A stretch of 64,000 bases of DNA. Source: Myxococcales bacterium. Lineage in GTDB: Bacteria > Myxococcota_A > UBA9042. Location: NCBI GenBank assembly GCA_037441385.1, contig JBBISH010000003.1, positions 64,001 through 128,000 on the forward strand. The letters are read 5' to 3'. Below are positions 10,419 through 19,670 of the stretch, piece after piece. Each line of letters starts with the position of its first letter. The first letter of the stretch is position 1. A model generated the notes under the pieces. The model had not been told where the DNA came from, ran no database searches, and was given only the letters and a program-made list of their open reading frames with translations. The translations under genes and the position numbers were made by a program.

Positions 10419-12056
10419 CTACTTGTGCGAGTGGGGCTTGCCAAGCGTCCCCTGCATGAGCATGACATGGGCGCGGTAGCGGCCCACTTCGGCCGCCCGG
10501 CCCGGCCGCTCCGGCACGACCGAGGTGATCCCCGCGGTCCACACCACCAAGAACACCGCGGTGGCACCCCAACTCCGCCAGCGCGGGGCGACCACGCTAC
10601 CGTCCGGGTTGGGCAGTCGCAGCACCGCGATCCACAAGCCCGCGATCATGGCCAAAAACACCACAAAGCTCGCCGTGGCGGGCAGCCCCAGCCACTGCCC
10701 CACGCTGGGCGAAAACGCCTGCTGAAGCAGCAGCGGCACCACAAGCTCTAGCACTGGCCGCTCTAACTGGGCAAAGTGGTACGGGAACGTGGCCACCGTG
10801 GGCACATGCAGCAACACCGCCAGACCCAGCGCCGCCCACAAGCCCGCCCGCAGCCACCACTTCAACGGAGCCTCCAGCGCGATGGCCAGGCCCCAGCCCA
10901 GCAGCGGTACGATGGGGAGCAAATGCCGTGGCCCGGCACAGTCGCCGGCCGGCCAGTCGGCAAAACCCGACACGAACAGCGCGTAGCCGCCCGACAGCAG
11001 CAACGCCGCCAGCGCGTCCAGCCGCTGACCTGCCGGCGCGTGCGGCGACGCGGCCCGCCACCCCAGTGCGACGGCCGCCGCCGCCAGCCACGGGGCGTGG
11101 TAGAACAGCCCGCGTCGCGCCGACAAGAGCAGCCCGACCAGCGCGTCGGCCTGCGGCGGCCGGAAACCCAAGAAGCCCGTGTCCATGATGGCCTTGAGCT
11201 GCTGGTCCCCTTTGTACTGGTAGGTGAACCGCAGCGGATGCCCAAGAACCCATTGATTGTAGCCAAGTTGCAGCACAACGCCGGCAACAAGGCCGCCCCA
11301 GATCGGCCACGTCGCGGCAAGCCGCCCCGGCACGTCCCACGCGCGCCAGCCCTGCCCGGCTGCCGGCAAGGGTAGACACCGCAGCCATGCGTACAGGGCA
11401 ACCCCGGCGGCCAGCACAAAGACGGGGGTGTCGGTCAGTCCTCCCAGCGCCAGCGCGCCGCCCGCCGCCAGCCCCAAACGCCTTTGCGGCCGACCGTCGC
11501 TGGCCGCCACCCCAAAGAACGCCACCGCCACCGCCGCCGCCGCCAGCGCGTGGCCAAAGAACAGCGACGCATACACGACCAGCGGGCTTGCGGTCGCCAG
11601 CGCGACGGCGGTCAGGGCGACGGACCGCGGCGCGAGCCCAAGGGTCGCCAGGTAGCGCGCCAACGCGTACAGCGCCAGGAGCAGCGGCAAGACCATCGTG
11701 GCCAGGGTGGCCAGATAGCCGAATTTCCATAGCCCGTCCGTGTCCACATCGGGCTGCAGCGCCCGCAAGGGCAGGTACAGGGGCAGCGCCAGCAGCGACG
11801 CACCCGGCGCCTTGTCCATGTAGACGTGACCGCCATATTCGCTGCGGTCCACAGGAGTTGCACCGTGACGGGCGACCACTGTGTCCAGCTCGGGCCGCCC
11901 CGTCTCAACCACGGCCTGCACAAAGTACAAGCGCATCGCCTCGTTGGCGGTCTGCAGGTAGGGCCAATGGTGACAGTACCAGGCCCACACCAAGGCGACC
12001 ACCCACAGCAGCCCAGAAGGCAGTGGGCGGCTTGTTGGGTTGGCGGCGGTCGACAT
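10419..12056 (-). CDS. Polytopic membrane protein, probably GT-C-fold glycosyltransferase-like
   Basis: Many TM segments, extracytoplasmic loop with DKAPG, late GPRHLLP motif. Confidence 0.55.
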   Translation of the reverse strand: MSTAANPTSRPLPSGLLWVVALVWAWYCHHWPYLQTANEAMRLYFVQAVVETGRPELDTVVARHGATPVDRSEYGGHVYMDKAPGASLLALPLYLPLRALQPDVDTDGLWKFGYLATLATMVLPLLLALYALARYLATLGLAPRSVALTAVALATASPLVVYASLFFGHALAAAAVAVAFFGVAASDGRPQRRLGLAAGGALALGGLTDTPVFVLAAGVALYAWLRCLPLPAAGQGWRAWDVPGRLAATWPIWGGLVAGVVLQLGYNQWVLGHPLRFTYQYKGDQQLKAIMDTGFLGFRPPQADALVGLLLSARRGLFYHAPWLAAAAVALGWRAASPHAPAGQRLDALAALLLSGGYALFVSGFADWPAGDCAGPRHLLPIVPLLGWGLAIALEAPLKWWLRAGLWAALGLAVLLHVPTVATFPYHFAQLERPVLELVVPLLLQQAFSPSVGQWLGLPATASFVVFLAMIAGLWIAVLRLPNPDGSVVAPRWRSWGATAVFLVVWTAGITSVVPERPGRAAEVGRYRAHVMLMQGTLGKPHSHK

Positions 12057-12118
12057 GCGGCCAAGCTAGCGCGGCCGACCAAAAAACGCGAGAGGCTCGT
12101 CGCTCGCTGGCCCTGATT

Positions 12119-12245
12119 CGGAATCCGTCTAGTTCGGCTCGAAAACTCCGGCAATTCTGCCGGCCCGAACCGGGGTCCCCGCCTGATTCTCGCCGGTTGC
12201 AGACCGGGTCAGAGAAGCCGTACCTGCGCGAATCAGGTGGGGTTC
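12119..12245 (+). repeat. 127-bp structured direct repeat, copy 1
   Basis: Ungapped hand alignment to 13065-13191 gives about 101/127 identities; internal stem CCCCGCCTGATTC/GAATCAGGTGGGG. Confidence 0.85.
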
Positions 12246-12270
12246 GTATGACTGGCGCGACACGTCAGCG

Positions 12271-12299
12271 TTGCAAGAGGCGTGGGGCTGGGGTAGAGT
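12271..12299 (+). promoter_or_regulatory. Sigma70-type promoter upstream of the GYF-domain gene
   Basis: TTGCAA-N17-TAGAGT. Confidence 0.5.
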
Positions 12300-12612
12300 A
12301 ACCAAGCTGTGCGCGCCGGGGCGAGGGCAACGCCTTGGATTTCGTGCGCCGAACCTTGGTTTCTTTGGCCATCTGCCCAACCCGCGGCCACTCCGCCAGC
12401 ACTTGGCGAAAGGTACGTCGGCGCAGGGCATGGCGGTCGGAGATCGGTCGGCGGAGAGAGAGAGAGGAGAGCGGAAGAGAAATCATCGGAAAGGGAAGCG
12501 TGCCATGAGGCGGGCCAGTACCCGTAGTGACCTCGGCACCGCGCGCAGTCAACCAGCGCAGAACTCGCAAGCTCAGCCAACGCTTGCCAGCAAGTCCAAC
12601 AACGGAGACGCA

Positions 12613-13062
12613 ATGAGCTTCTACATCCAGCGCGACGGTCAACCCAAGGAGTACCCCATCCAGGCGCTGATCGATATGGTCAAGAACGGTAGCCTGCGCT
12701 CCGACGAGTTCGTTTTCGACGGCCGCATGCAAAAGTGGGTGGGCGCGACCCAGGTTGCCGAGCTCGCCGATGCGTGGAAGGCCGTGCAGTCGGGTGGCGC
12801 CAAGGCAGCCAGCGCCCCGGCGGCAGCCCCGTCGGCCCAGGCGCCCGCGGCGGCTGGCGGCGACAAGAAGCGCAGCAAGAAGTTCAGCGAGACCTCGTGG
12901 TTCATGTCCGCCGTCACCTACGAAGAAGGCGGCCTGACCCCCAGCGAGCTGGCGCCGATGGAAGCCGGCGACAAATTCGAGAATCTGCCGCCCGTCCCGG
13001 ACGAGCTGCGCAAGAAGTTCTCGCTGTCGATCGCCGACCTGGACGCGAACAAGAAGAAGTAA
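12613..13062 (+). CDS. Small GYF_2/DUF4339-like domain protein
   Basis: GGAG RBS; N-terminal FYIQRDGQ..YP...L..MV..G.L.....VF...MQKW..A..V.EL pattern, Ala/Pro linker, C-terminal FSETSWFM...RKKFSL region; strong host-like codon bias. Confidence 0.7.
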   Translation: MSFYIQRDGQPKEYPIQALIDMVKNGSLRSDEFVFDGRMQKWVGATQVAELADAWKAVQSGGAKAASAPAAAPSAQAPAAAGGDKKRSKKFSETSWFMSAVTYEEGGLTPSELAPMEAGDKFENLPPVPDELRKKFSLSIADLDANKKK

Positions 13063-13064
13063 TC

Positions 13065-13191
13065 CGGAATCCGTTTCAATCGGATCGAAGCCCCGGCCGT
13101 TTCTTCGGGCCCGGACCGGGGTCCCCGCCTGATTCTCGCCAGTTGCCGAGCGAGTGGGTGAAGCCGTACCGGCGTGAATCAGGTGAGGCTC
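13065..13191 (+). repeat. 127-bp structured direct repeat, copy 2
   Basis: Matches 12119-12245; begins right after the stop codon of the GYF gene. Confidence 0.85.
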
Positions 13192-13229
13192 CAGCAAGCC
13201 CGCGCGACCCGCCCCCCAAAGGACTCGCC

Positions 13230-14195
13230 ATGAAGCTGCGCCGCTTGGCCGGCACCGACCTTGACCTCTCCGTGGTCGGTGTAGGCTGTTGGGCCATGGG
13301 CGGACTCTGGTGGGGCGACGACGTCCGCGACGACGACAGCATCGCCGCCATCCACCGCGCCTTGGACGTGGGCATCAACTGGTTTGACACCGCCCCGCTG
13401 TACGGCCACGGGCACGCCGACGAAATCCTTGTGCGCGCGCTGGGTCCCAGACTGCGCGACGTGGTGATCGCCACCAAGGTCGGTGTGCGGTGGGATGGCG
13501 AGGGCATGCACGCCCGCAGTGATCTGACCCCCGAGCACGTGCGCGCCGACGTGGAGGCGAGCCTGCGCCGACTGGGTCTAGAGCGCCTGGACCTGGTGCA
13601 GGTGCACTGGCCGTGCGAGCTTGGTACGCCGCTCGAAGCGACCTTGGAAGCCCTGTACCGCCTGCGGGACGAGGGAAAGGTGCGCTACCTGGGCCTCTGC
13701 AACTACAGCGCTCCCCAGCTGCGGCAGGCGGCGGCGGCCGGCGGCATCGACACGCTGCAGACCCCATACTCGATGCTGCGGCGCGAGTTCGAGGCCGAAC
13801 TGCAACCGCTGGTGCTCGAGTTCCCGGGCCGCAGCGAGCCCTTGAGTACCCTGGCCTACGAGCCCCTATGCCGCGGCCTGCTGACCGGCAAGTTCAACGC
13901 CACCAGCCGCTTTGCCCAAAGTGACCTGCGCGCGCGCGACGACCGATTCCAAGGCAGCCGCATGCTCCGCGCCCTGACAATCGTCAGCCGTCTGCAGCTG
14001 ATCGCCAAGCGCCACGGCGCCCCGCTGGCCGCACTTGCGATTGCGTGGGCACTGCGGCAACCCGGGATGACTCTTGCGATTGCCGGGGCCAAGCGTGCGG
14101 ACCAAGTGGCGGTCAACGCCCAAGCTACCGACTGGCTGGATCGCGAAGACCTGTGGGCCGACGTCGACCGAGTCGTGGGCAGCTTCCGCGGATAG
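13230..14195 (+). CDS. Aldo/keto reductase
   Basis: GVGCWAMGG, FDTAPLYG, IATKVG, SLRRLGLERLDLVQVHWP, GLLTGK. Confidence 0.92.
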   Translation: MKLRRLAGTDLDLSVVGVGCWAMGGLWWGDDVRDDDSIAAIHRALDVGINWFDTAPLYGHGHADEILVRALGPRLRDVVIATKVGVRWDGEGMHARSDLTPEHVRADVEASLRRLGLERLDLVQVHWPCELGTPLEATLEALYRLRDEGKVRYLGLCNYSAPQLRQAAAAGGIDTLQTPYSMLRREFEAELQPLVLEFPGRSEPLSTLAYEPLCRGLLTGKFNATSRFAQSDLRARDDRFQGSRMLRALTIVSRLQLIAKRHGAPLAALAIAWALRQPGMTLAIAGAKRADQVAVNAQATDWLDREDLWADVDRVVGSFRG

Positions 14196-14227
14196 ACTCC
14201 GGCCGCGCCGGCAAAAATCCGTCGAAA

Positions 14228-14608
14228 CTACGGAATGACGGGCGGCTCACCCGCGATCGGATCCGGGTGCAAGTGCTCGATTCGACCGCTGAACGTGGCG
14301 TACAGGACGCAACCTTGCTCGGTGTAGGGCTGATCCACAGTGCCAGGCGGCACGTGGGCAAAGCCGCCGCGCTGCAAGGGATGGCCGGCCACAATGGCCT
14401 GACCGTCCAGGACGATGACATCCATGCCGTCGTGGGCGAGCGTGCGCGGATAGTGGGTCTGCGGCGTCATGTGGATCAGGACGGCGCCCGCGCCGCTGTC
14501 GGGATCGAAGCGCAGCGACTTGTACGACACGCCCATGGCCGGCGCGCAGGCCCAAGGCAGGTCGTCGGTCGAGGCGACAAAGAATTCGCTGTTTTGGTAG
14601 GTCGACAT
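14228..14608 (-). CDS. ChrR-like cupin domain protein
   Basis: W....GV.YK.L, VIVLDG, G.FAHVPPG, P.TEQGC.L pattern; GAGG RBS. Confidence 0.65.
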   Translation of the reverse strand: MSTYQNSEFFVASTDDLPWACAPAMGVSYKSLRFDPDSGAGAVLIHMTPQTHYPRTLAHDGMDVIVLDGQAIVAGHPLQRGGFAHVPPGTVDQPYTEQGCVLYATFSGRIEHLHPDPIAGEPPVIP

Positions 14609-14666
14609 CGCATCCTCGCACGGCCGCGGCCCGCACGGCCCACCATAAGGGCAGCCGAGCTTGGCG

Positions 14667-15059
14667 TCAATTCGCGGTCAGCACGCTGAAGTCGGCGCGA
14701 TCGCCCGCCACCCGCACCCACAAGACTGCGCGATCGCCCGCCACCTGGTACACCCCCGGCCCCTCGCGCAGCAGCCGGGGGTAGCGGCTGGTCAGGAATT
14801 CGTCGATGCGCGGCGCCAACCCCGGCATCTCGACGCGGCACACCTGCAGGCGCGCGCTTTGCCGCAGGCGCTGGCAGTGGCTGGGCAGGCGGAAGCCCGC
14901 CACCGTCTCTGGGCTCTCGCACAGCAGCCCGCCCAAGCAAGGTTCTTCGCGGGCCGCCCGCGTGGGCGCGCGCACCACGGGACGTGGCGCGGTGGGCTCG
15001 GGCTGGCACCCCAGCAGCGCCAGGGCGACGAGCCAACAAACCGCGCTCCGTGGCTCCAC
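14667..15059 (-). CDS. Hypothetical lipoprotein downstream of pilY1
   Basis: Lipobox LLGC; abuts the pilY1 stop codon. Confidence 0.55.
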   Translation of the reverse strand: MEPRSAVCWLVALALLGCQPEPTAPRPVVRAPTRAAREEPCLGGLLCESPETVAGFRLPSHCQRLRQSARLQVCRVEMPGLAPRIDEFLTSRYPRLLREGPGVYQVAGDRAVLWVRVAGDRADFSVLTAN

Positions 15060-18000
15060 CTAGTCCACCAGCAAGTCCCAGCCGGTTACCACCGCAGCCG
15101 TGCGCGGTTGCGGCACCTCTTGGGCCACCGTACCCACCGAAGGCTGCCCGCCGGACTTGGGGGCTTGCCCCGCCGCTTGCACGGCCGCGTTCGGCGTGGC
15201 GACCCCAACTTCGTAGCGTGGACGGGCGCCACCCAGGGCTTGGGCGGCGGCAGCACCAGTCAGCGCACCCACGCACTTGGCGTCGGTCGGGTTGCAGTTG
15301 CCCCGGCACGCCGGCACGGCCTGAACGTCGACGGGCGAGGGCCGGTCGCTGCCGATGTCGATCGAGGCGACCTTGGTGGCCGAGCCGTTGGGGTTGGCAA
15401 ACGCGCCCGCCAGCGTCGTGGGATCCGACGGCGCGAGCGGCTTATCAAAGCGGGCGCCCCAGAGGCGCGCAATGCCGGTCTCGCAGGCCCCCTGGCTTTG
15501 CACCGCAAAGCTGGCCCAATAGGTGTTCAGGGCAAAGACGAGCGGCGGCCCGACAAAGCGCTCGAAGGCGCTGAGCGCCTTGACCCAGTTGCGGCTAGCG
15601 ACGGGCTTGGTGGTGCCATCTCCAAGCGTCTGGATGTCTTCGGTGAGTGAATACACCATGTGAAGTCTGGTGCTGGAGGCCGGGTCATCCAGATGTCCGG
15701 TGCCGTAGCTGACGACCAGACGAGCCGCCGAGGTCGACGCCAAGCTGGGCGCCGCCACGATCGGCACACGGTCCGCCGAGTTGATGTCCAAGGTGTAGGC
15801 CGCGGGCGTACCAGGGCCGCTGTAGGCGTCGTGGAAGAACGCGATGGTCCACTTGGCCGGGTTGGAGTCCGAGAGATCCATCCGCCACAGCAAACCCTTG
15901 GAATCACCAAGATAGCACCGCGTGACCAACTGGCCCGGCGTGGCGTTGTAGCAGGCTGGGTCGCCCCAGAAGTAGCCGGCGTCGTCAGTACTGGTGACGG
16001 CGGCTGGGATGCCCGCCATGTCCAGGTCCGCCGTAGTGAATTCGCGGATCTTGGCGCCGCTGGCCAAGTCGACGACGAACACGCCACGAGCGCCCGCCCC
16101 ATCAACGCCGTAGTTCTTGACGTTGCTGCGGTCCCACGGCATCCCCATCGGGATGACCGCGACCGCGCGCTGGCTGGGCGGTTCGCTGGCGTCGGCAAAG
16201 AACAGGTTGGCGATCGCTGGCTTGGGTAGCGACCGCCCCATGTTCTTATAGGTGGGGAGCGCAAGGCAACGCGGGCCGGCCACACCACCGACACTGGCGC
16301 CTGGGCCGTAGCAGTGCTGGTCGGGCGCTATTTCCCAAAGCAACTTCGGATCTTCAGGCGCGGTCACATCCAGGGCGGTGTAGCCCGAACCGCCCTCGCC
16401 GGCGCCGACCACCACCACCGCCCGCCACGCGGCCGCCGCTTGGGCGATCGTCATCGCGGCGGTGCGTTGCAGTTGCACGTGGCCAGCGGTCACCGCGCCG
16501 CCCAGGTACGAGGCGTCGGCGCTGGTCACCAGCTTGAGCGTAGACAGCCTGCTCAGGTTGAAATCGGGCAGCCACGCCCACATCTCGTCGCCCGCCACAG
16601 AGGAATTGGGCGTAGTAATCGCAGGGTTGCGATCGGTGCGGAACGCGTGCAGCAGGCCGTCGTGGGTCGCGACGTACAAGACGGTCGGTCGCCCGGCCGA
16701 GCCCGGCGGGTTGACGGTCGAGTAGTTCGACGCGGTGGGCACAGTGGTCTTGGCGTAGCTCTGGAAGCTTGGCTCGCGCAGGCCGCTGCGGTCGGCCGGT
16801 TCGATGACCGCTGGCGTGGAGCGGGCCGGGGCGCCCAGCGGAGTGCTTTGGCGGCAGGTGCCCGCCTTGCCGTACAGGGCGTCGATCAGGCTCTGTTTGA
16901 AGGCTTCGCGCTGGGTGTTTTGCGACAGGTCGTAGCCGCCATTGGTCACGCAGTCGCCGTACACATTGGGTTCCAGCTTGGGCTCCATGCCCACGGTGCC
17001 AATGCCGAATTCAGTCGCGGTGATCGACGCAGAGTCGAAATTGCGGCGGCTGCCAGCGGTGGTGCTGTACAACAATCGCGGTGCCGATCGCGACTTGAGC
17101 AGCGCGCTGTAGTTCAAGATTTCGCAAACTTGTGCGCGATCCGGCGTCGCTGGGTTCTTGCAGCCGGCCGTGCAGGCATAGATGCGCTGCTCGATTGTGC
17201 CGCCCGATCGCATCGGCTGGCTGAGATTGAATTCCGACGAGCCCATAAAGCCATGCTGCACGTCGGCGGGCTGACCGGTGGCCAGCGTCACGATCGGGTG
17301 GGTGAACACTTGCTGGGTAGCCGTAGCGGCCGAGATCGCAGGCGCAAGGCCTTTGACCGCTTCGAACGCCGTGCTGGCCAAGATGGCCTTGTCGGTGCCG
17401 CCGGCGGCCGCAAGGTCGTGCAGGAACTGCAGATCGTCGGCTGGCGGTCCCGAAGCGCCGTCGGCAGGGTGGCCGATCGCGATCACATGCACCGGCACGC
17501 CCATGGCCCACAGCTTGGACGCCGCCAGAAGCGCCGTGGCGCGCCCGTCCGAGTTGCCGTCATCCAGGTTGCCGCCACCGTCCGAGAGCACGACCGCGAG
17601 GCGCGGCCGGCACTTGGCGTACAGGTCGCCGTTCACGGGGTCGTCGGTCAAGGTCTTGAAGTGGGCGTCCTGGTACAGACCTGGCCCCACGTAGGCCACC
17701 GCGTCCAGCAGTTGCTGCCCCAGCGGCGTGGGACCATTGGCGATTTGGGCCGCCAGGGCTTGCTGGATGGCCGAGTAGGTCGCGGCGCGTGCGGCCAGCG
17801 TGTCGGGCCGGGTCACGGCTACGCTGCGGCTGCCCGCGGCGAACGGGTCCTGCATGCCCAAGTTGGCCTGCCCCCAATAGCTGGTGATGTCGGGGCCGAA
17901 CGAAAAGCCGGCGGTCAGGGTATTGCCCTTGTTCAACACCGAGTCGCTCATCAGCAGAGCAAATTTCGCGCCGGGGCCAAACACATCCAGAATTCCATCC

Positions 18001-19040
18001 TTGCCGGCCGGCACGCCAGAGTTGTTGCCCATGCCGTCCACGCCCTGGGCCACGGTTTCGACCGTGGGGCCTTCGCTGGGGCACAGGTTGCCCGAAGCCA
18101 TGCGCAAGACCGGCGCGCCAGACGTGCCTACGGCGGCAAAGGTCATCGCGGGATCCGGAGCCGTGCCACCCACATTGGCATTCTTGTTGCAGTTGTTTGG
18201 CCAACTCGCCGCCGCATACGCCAGCGCCAAGCTCGGAGCCTGGCCGGCCTTGATCGACGCGGTCAGCGCCGCCATCCCCGCAGTGGTGAACTGGAACTGC
18301 ACCGTGGTGCCCACCACGGGGTTGACTCCGGTGACCTCGGACAAGACCATCCGGGCGTCGCTGGTCGCCGCGCAGCAAAACCCGTCGGGGTCAAGGGTGG
18401 GCGAGGTGGTCGATGGCACCATCGTGACGACCATGGGCACTGGAGCCCCCGCGCCGCTGCCCACCGCCGCCACCTGCACGGTGAGGCTCCCGAGGGGGTA
18501 GGACTTGCCCATGTCCAGGCCTGTCCAGTCGAATTGCAGGTAGGGCACGCGGTAGGTCGCCCCGCTGGTGGCAAGCGCGCCGGGCATCGTCATCGCCGCG
18601 GCGCCCACGCCCGAGGTACCGGCGTTGGTCGGCCCCGGCAGCGACAGCGAGTAGGTCGGCCCGTCGGTCATGCTCAGCCCGGGAATGCACTTGGGCACGC
18701 CATTGGACGGCGCCGGCGGGTTGACGGCCTCTGGTAGCGGTGGCAGTGCCGGTTGCGTGCACGAGTAGCCTAGATACGAACCGCCAATGATCTCGCGCAG
18801 GGCCACCCAACGCGAGCGGGTGTCGGGCTGTCCACTCTGGCCGCAGGTGGGCACCAGATCGGCAAAAAGCCGATATTGCATCGAGGTCGACGCGTCGACG
18901 ATGAGCAAGACTTCTGGCAGCGCCGCGGCCGCGGCCGTGGCTGGGATCAGTGCCGTCAGGCCAACCAAGCCCAGGGCCAGCCCTGCCCCAGCCATTGCAG
19001 GCCTACCGGTATGGCTGCGAAGCGCAGTGGCGTTGCCCAT
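15060..19040 (-). CDS. pilY1: PilY1/PilC-like type IV pilus tip adhesin (vWA plus beta-propeller)
   Basis: Signal peptide, MIDAS LLIVDASTSM, TPLG, VLSDG; C-terminal YVATHDGLLHAF, EMWAWLP, ALDVT.P..P.LLWE, YLGD.KG.LWR.D, YGTG. Confidence 0.85.
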   Translation of the reverse strand: MGNATALRSHTGRPAMAGAGLALGLVGLTALIPATAAAAALPEVLLIVDASTSMQYRLFADLVPTCGQSGQPDTRSRWVALREIIGGSYLGYSCTQPALPPLPEAVNPPAPSNGVPKCIPGLSMTDGPTYSLSLPGPTNAGTSGVGAAAMTMPGALATSGATYRVPYLQFDWTGLDMGKSYPLGSLTVQVAAVGSGAGAPVPMVVTMVPSTTSPTLDPDGFCCAATSDARMVLSEVTGVNPVVGTTVQFQFTTAGMAALTASIKAGQAPSLALAYAAASWPNNCNKNANVGGTAPDPAMTFAAVGTSGAPVLRMASGNLCPSEGPTVETVAQGVDGMGNNSGVPAGKDGILDVFGPGAKFALLMSDSVLNKGNTLTAGFSFGPDITSYWGQANLGMQDPFAAGSRSVAVTRPDTLAARAATYSAIQQALAAQIANGPTPLGQQLLDAVAYVGPGLYQDAHFKTLTDDPVNGDLYAKCRPRLAVVLSDGGGNLDDGNSDGRATALLAASKLWAMGVPVHVIAIGHPADGASGPPADDLQFLHDLAAAGGTDKAILASTAFEAVKGLAPAISAATATQQVFTHPIVTLATGQPADVQHGFMGSSEFNLSQPMRSGGTIEQRIYACTAGCKNPATPDRAQVCEILNYSALLKSRSAPRLLYSTTAGSRRNFDSASITATEFGIGTVGMEPKLEPNVYGDCVTNGGYDLSQNTQREAFKQSLIDALYGKAGTCRQSTPLGAPARSTPAVIEPADRSGLREPSFQSYAKTTVPTASNYSTVNPPGSAGRPTVLYVATHDGLLHAFRTDRNPAITTPNSSVAGDEMWAWLPDFNLSRLSTLKLVTSADASYLGGAVTAGHVQLQRTAAMTIAQAAAAWRAVVVVGAGEGGSGYTALDVTAPEDPKLLWEIAPDQHCYGPGASVGGVAGPRCLALPTYKNMGRSLPKPAIANLFFADASEPPSQRAVAVIPMGMPWDRSNVKNYGVDGAGARGVFVVDLASGAKIREFTTADLDMAGIPAAVTSTDDAGYFWGDPACYNATPGQLVTRCYLGDSKGLLWRMDLSDSNPAKWTIAFFHDAYSGPGTPAAYTLDINSADRVPIVAAPSLASTSAARLVVSYGTGHLDDPASSTRLHMVYSLTEDIQTLGDGTTKPVASRNWVKALSAFERFVGPPLVFALNTYWASFAVQSQGACETGIARLWGARFDKPLAPSDPTTLAGAFANPNGSATKVASIDIGSDRPSPVDVQAVPACRGNCNPTDAKCVGALTGAAAAQALGGARPRYEVGVATPNAAVQAAGQAPKSGGQPSVGTVAQEVPQPRTAAVVTGWDLLVD

Positions 19041-19049
19041 CTTCGCCCC

Positions 19050-19625
19050 CTATTGGCCGCACGGCACGGGGCCGACGGTCATGGTCGCTTGCAGCCGAGT
19101 TTGCCCAGACACCATGGCTTCTTGCAGATTCTTGGGTGCCGCTGAGCCGAGCTGCGAGGTGGTGATCATGCGATAAGTGCGGAAGCAATAGCGCCCCACG
19201 TCGTAGCCGGCGGCCGACGCGGCGTCCGAGTCTTGAACCAGCGTGGTAAACCCGACCGAAGCAAACCCCTTGAGTTCGCGACCAAAGCTCAGGTCGGTGC
19301 CGGAGAGAGCTAGCAGGCCGTCGCCCATGTCCTGCATGGTCAAGGTCTTGTTGGCTTTGGCGCCGATGTAGTCCGAAAAACCGCCTTGCATCTGCGAGGC
19401 CAGGGTCAAGACGCCCAACGTGCCGGCCTCGCCCAGCCGGTACGAGGCGCGCGTCAGGCGCTCGGCGTTGCCCTCGCGGATATCCATGGCCGTGCGCATG
19501 GCCGCGGCGCTCGCCAGCAGCGACAGCAGGCCGAGCATCAGCATGACCATCATCATCACCATGCCGCGCTGATTCGCAGGCACGGCGGGCGGCACTGGAG
19601 CAGCGGTGGGGCGGGGATGAGTCAC
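19050..19625 (-). CDS. pilX: PilX-like minor pilin
   Basis: QRG|MVMMMVML prepilin site lacking E5, as is typical of PilX/GspK; position in the cluster. Confidence 0.7.
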   Translation of the reverse strand: MTHPRPTAAPVPPAVPANQRGMVMMMVMLMLGLLSLLASAAAMRTAMDIREGNAERLTRASYRLGEAGTLGVLTLASQMQGGFSDYIGAKANKTLTMQDMGDGLLALSGTDLSFGRELKGFASVGFTTLVQDSDAASAAGYDVGRYCFRTYRMITTSQLGSAAPKNLQEAMVSGQTRLQATMTVGPVPCGQ

Positions 19626-19670
19626 GGGATCCTCGCTGCGGGCACGGCGCGCGCCCGGCTGGTGAAAATT

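Noticed and set aside
12119..13191. The 127-bp repeats as integron attC sites, CRISPR repeats or SRP RNA
   Set aside because: No RYYYAAC/GTTRRRY ends in both copies and no integrase; only two long units with a gene between them; the SRP GNRA-loop motif is absent
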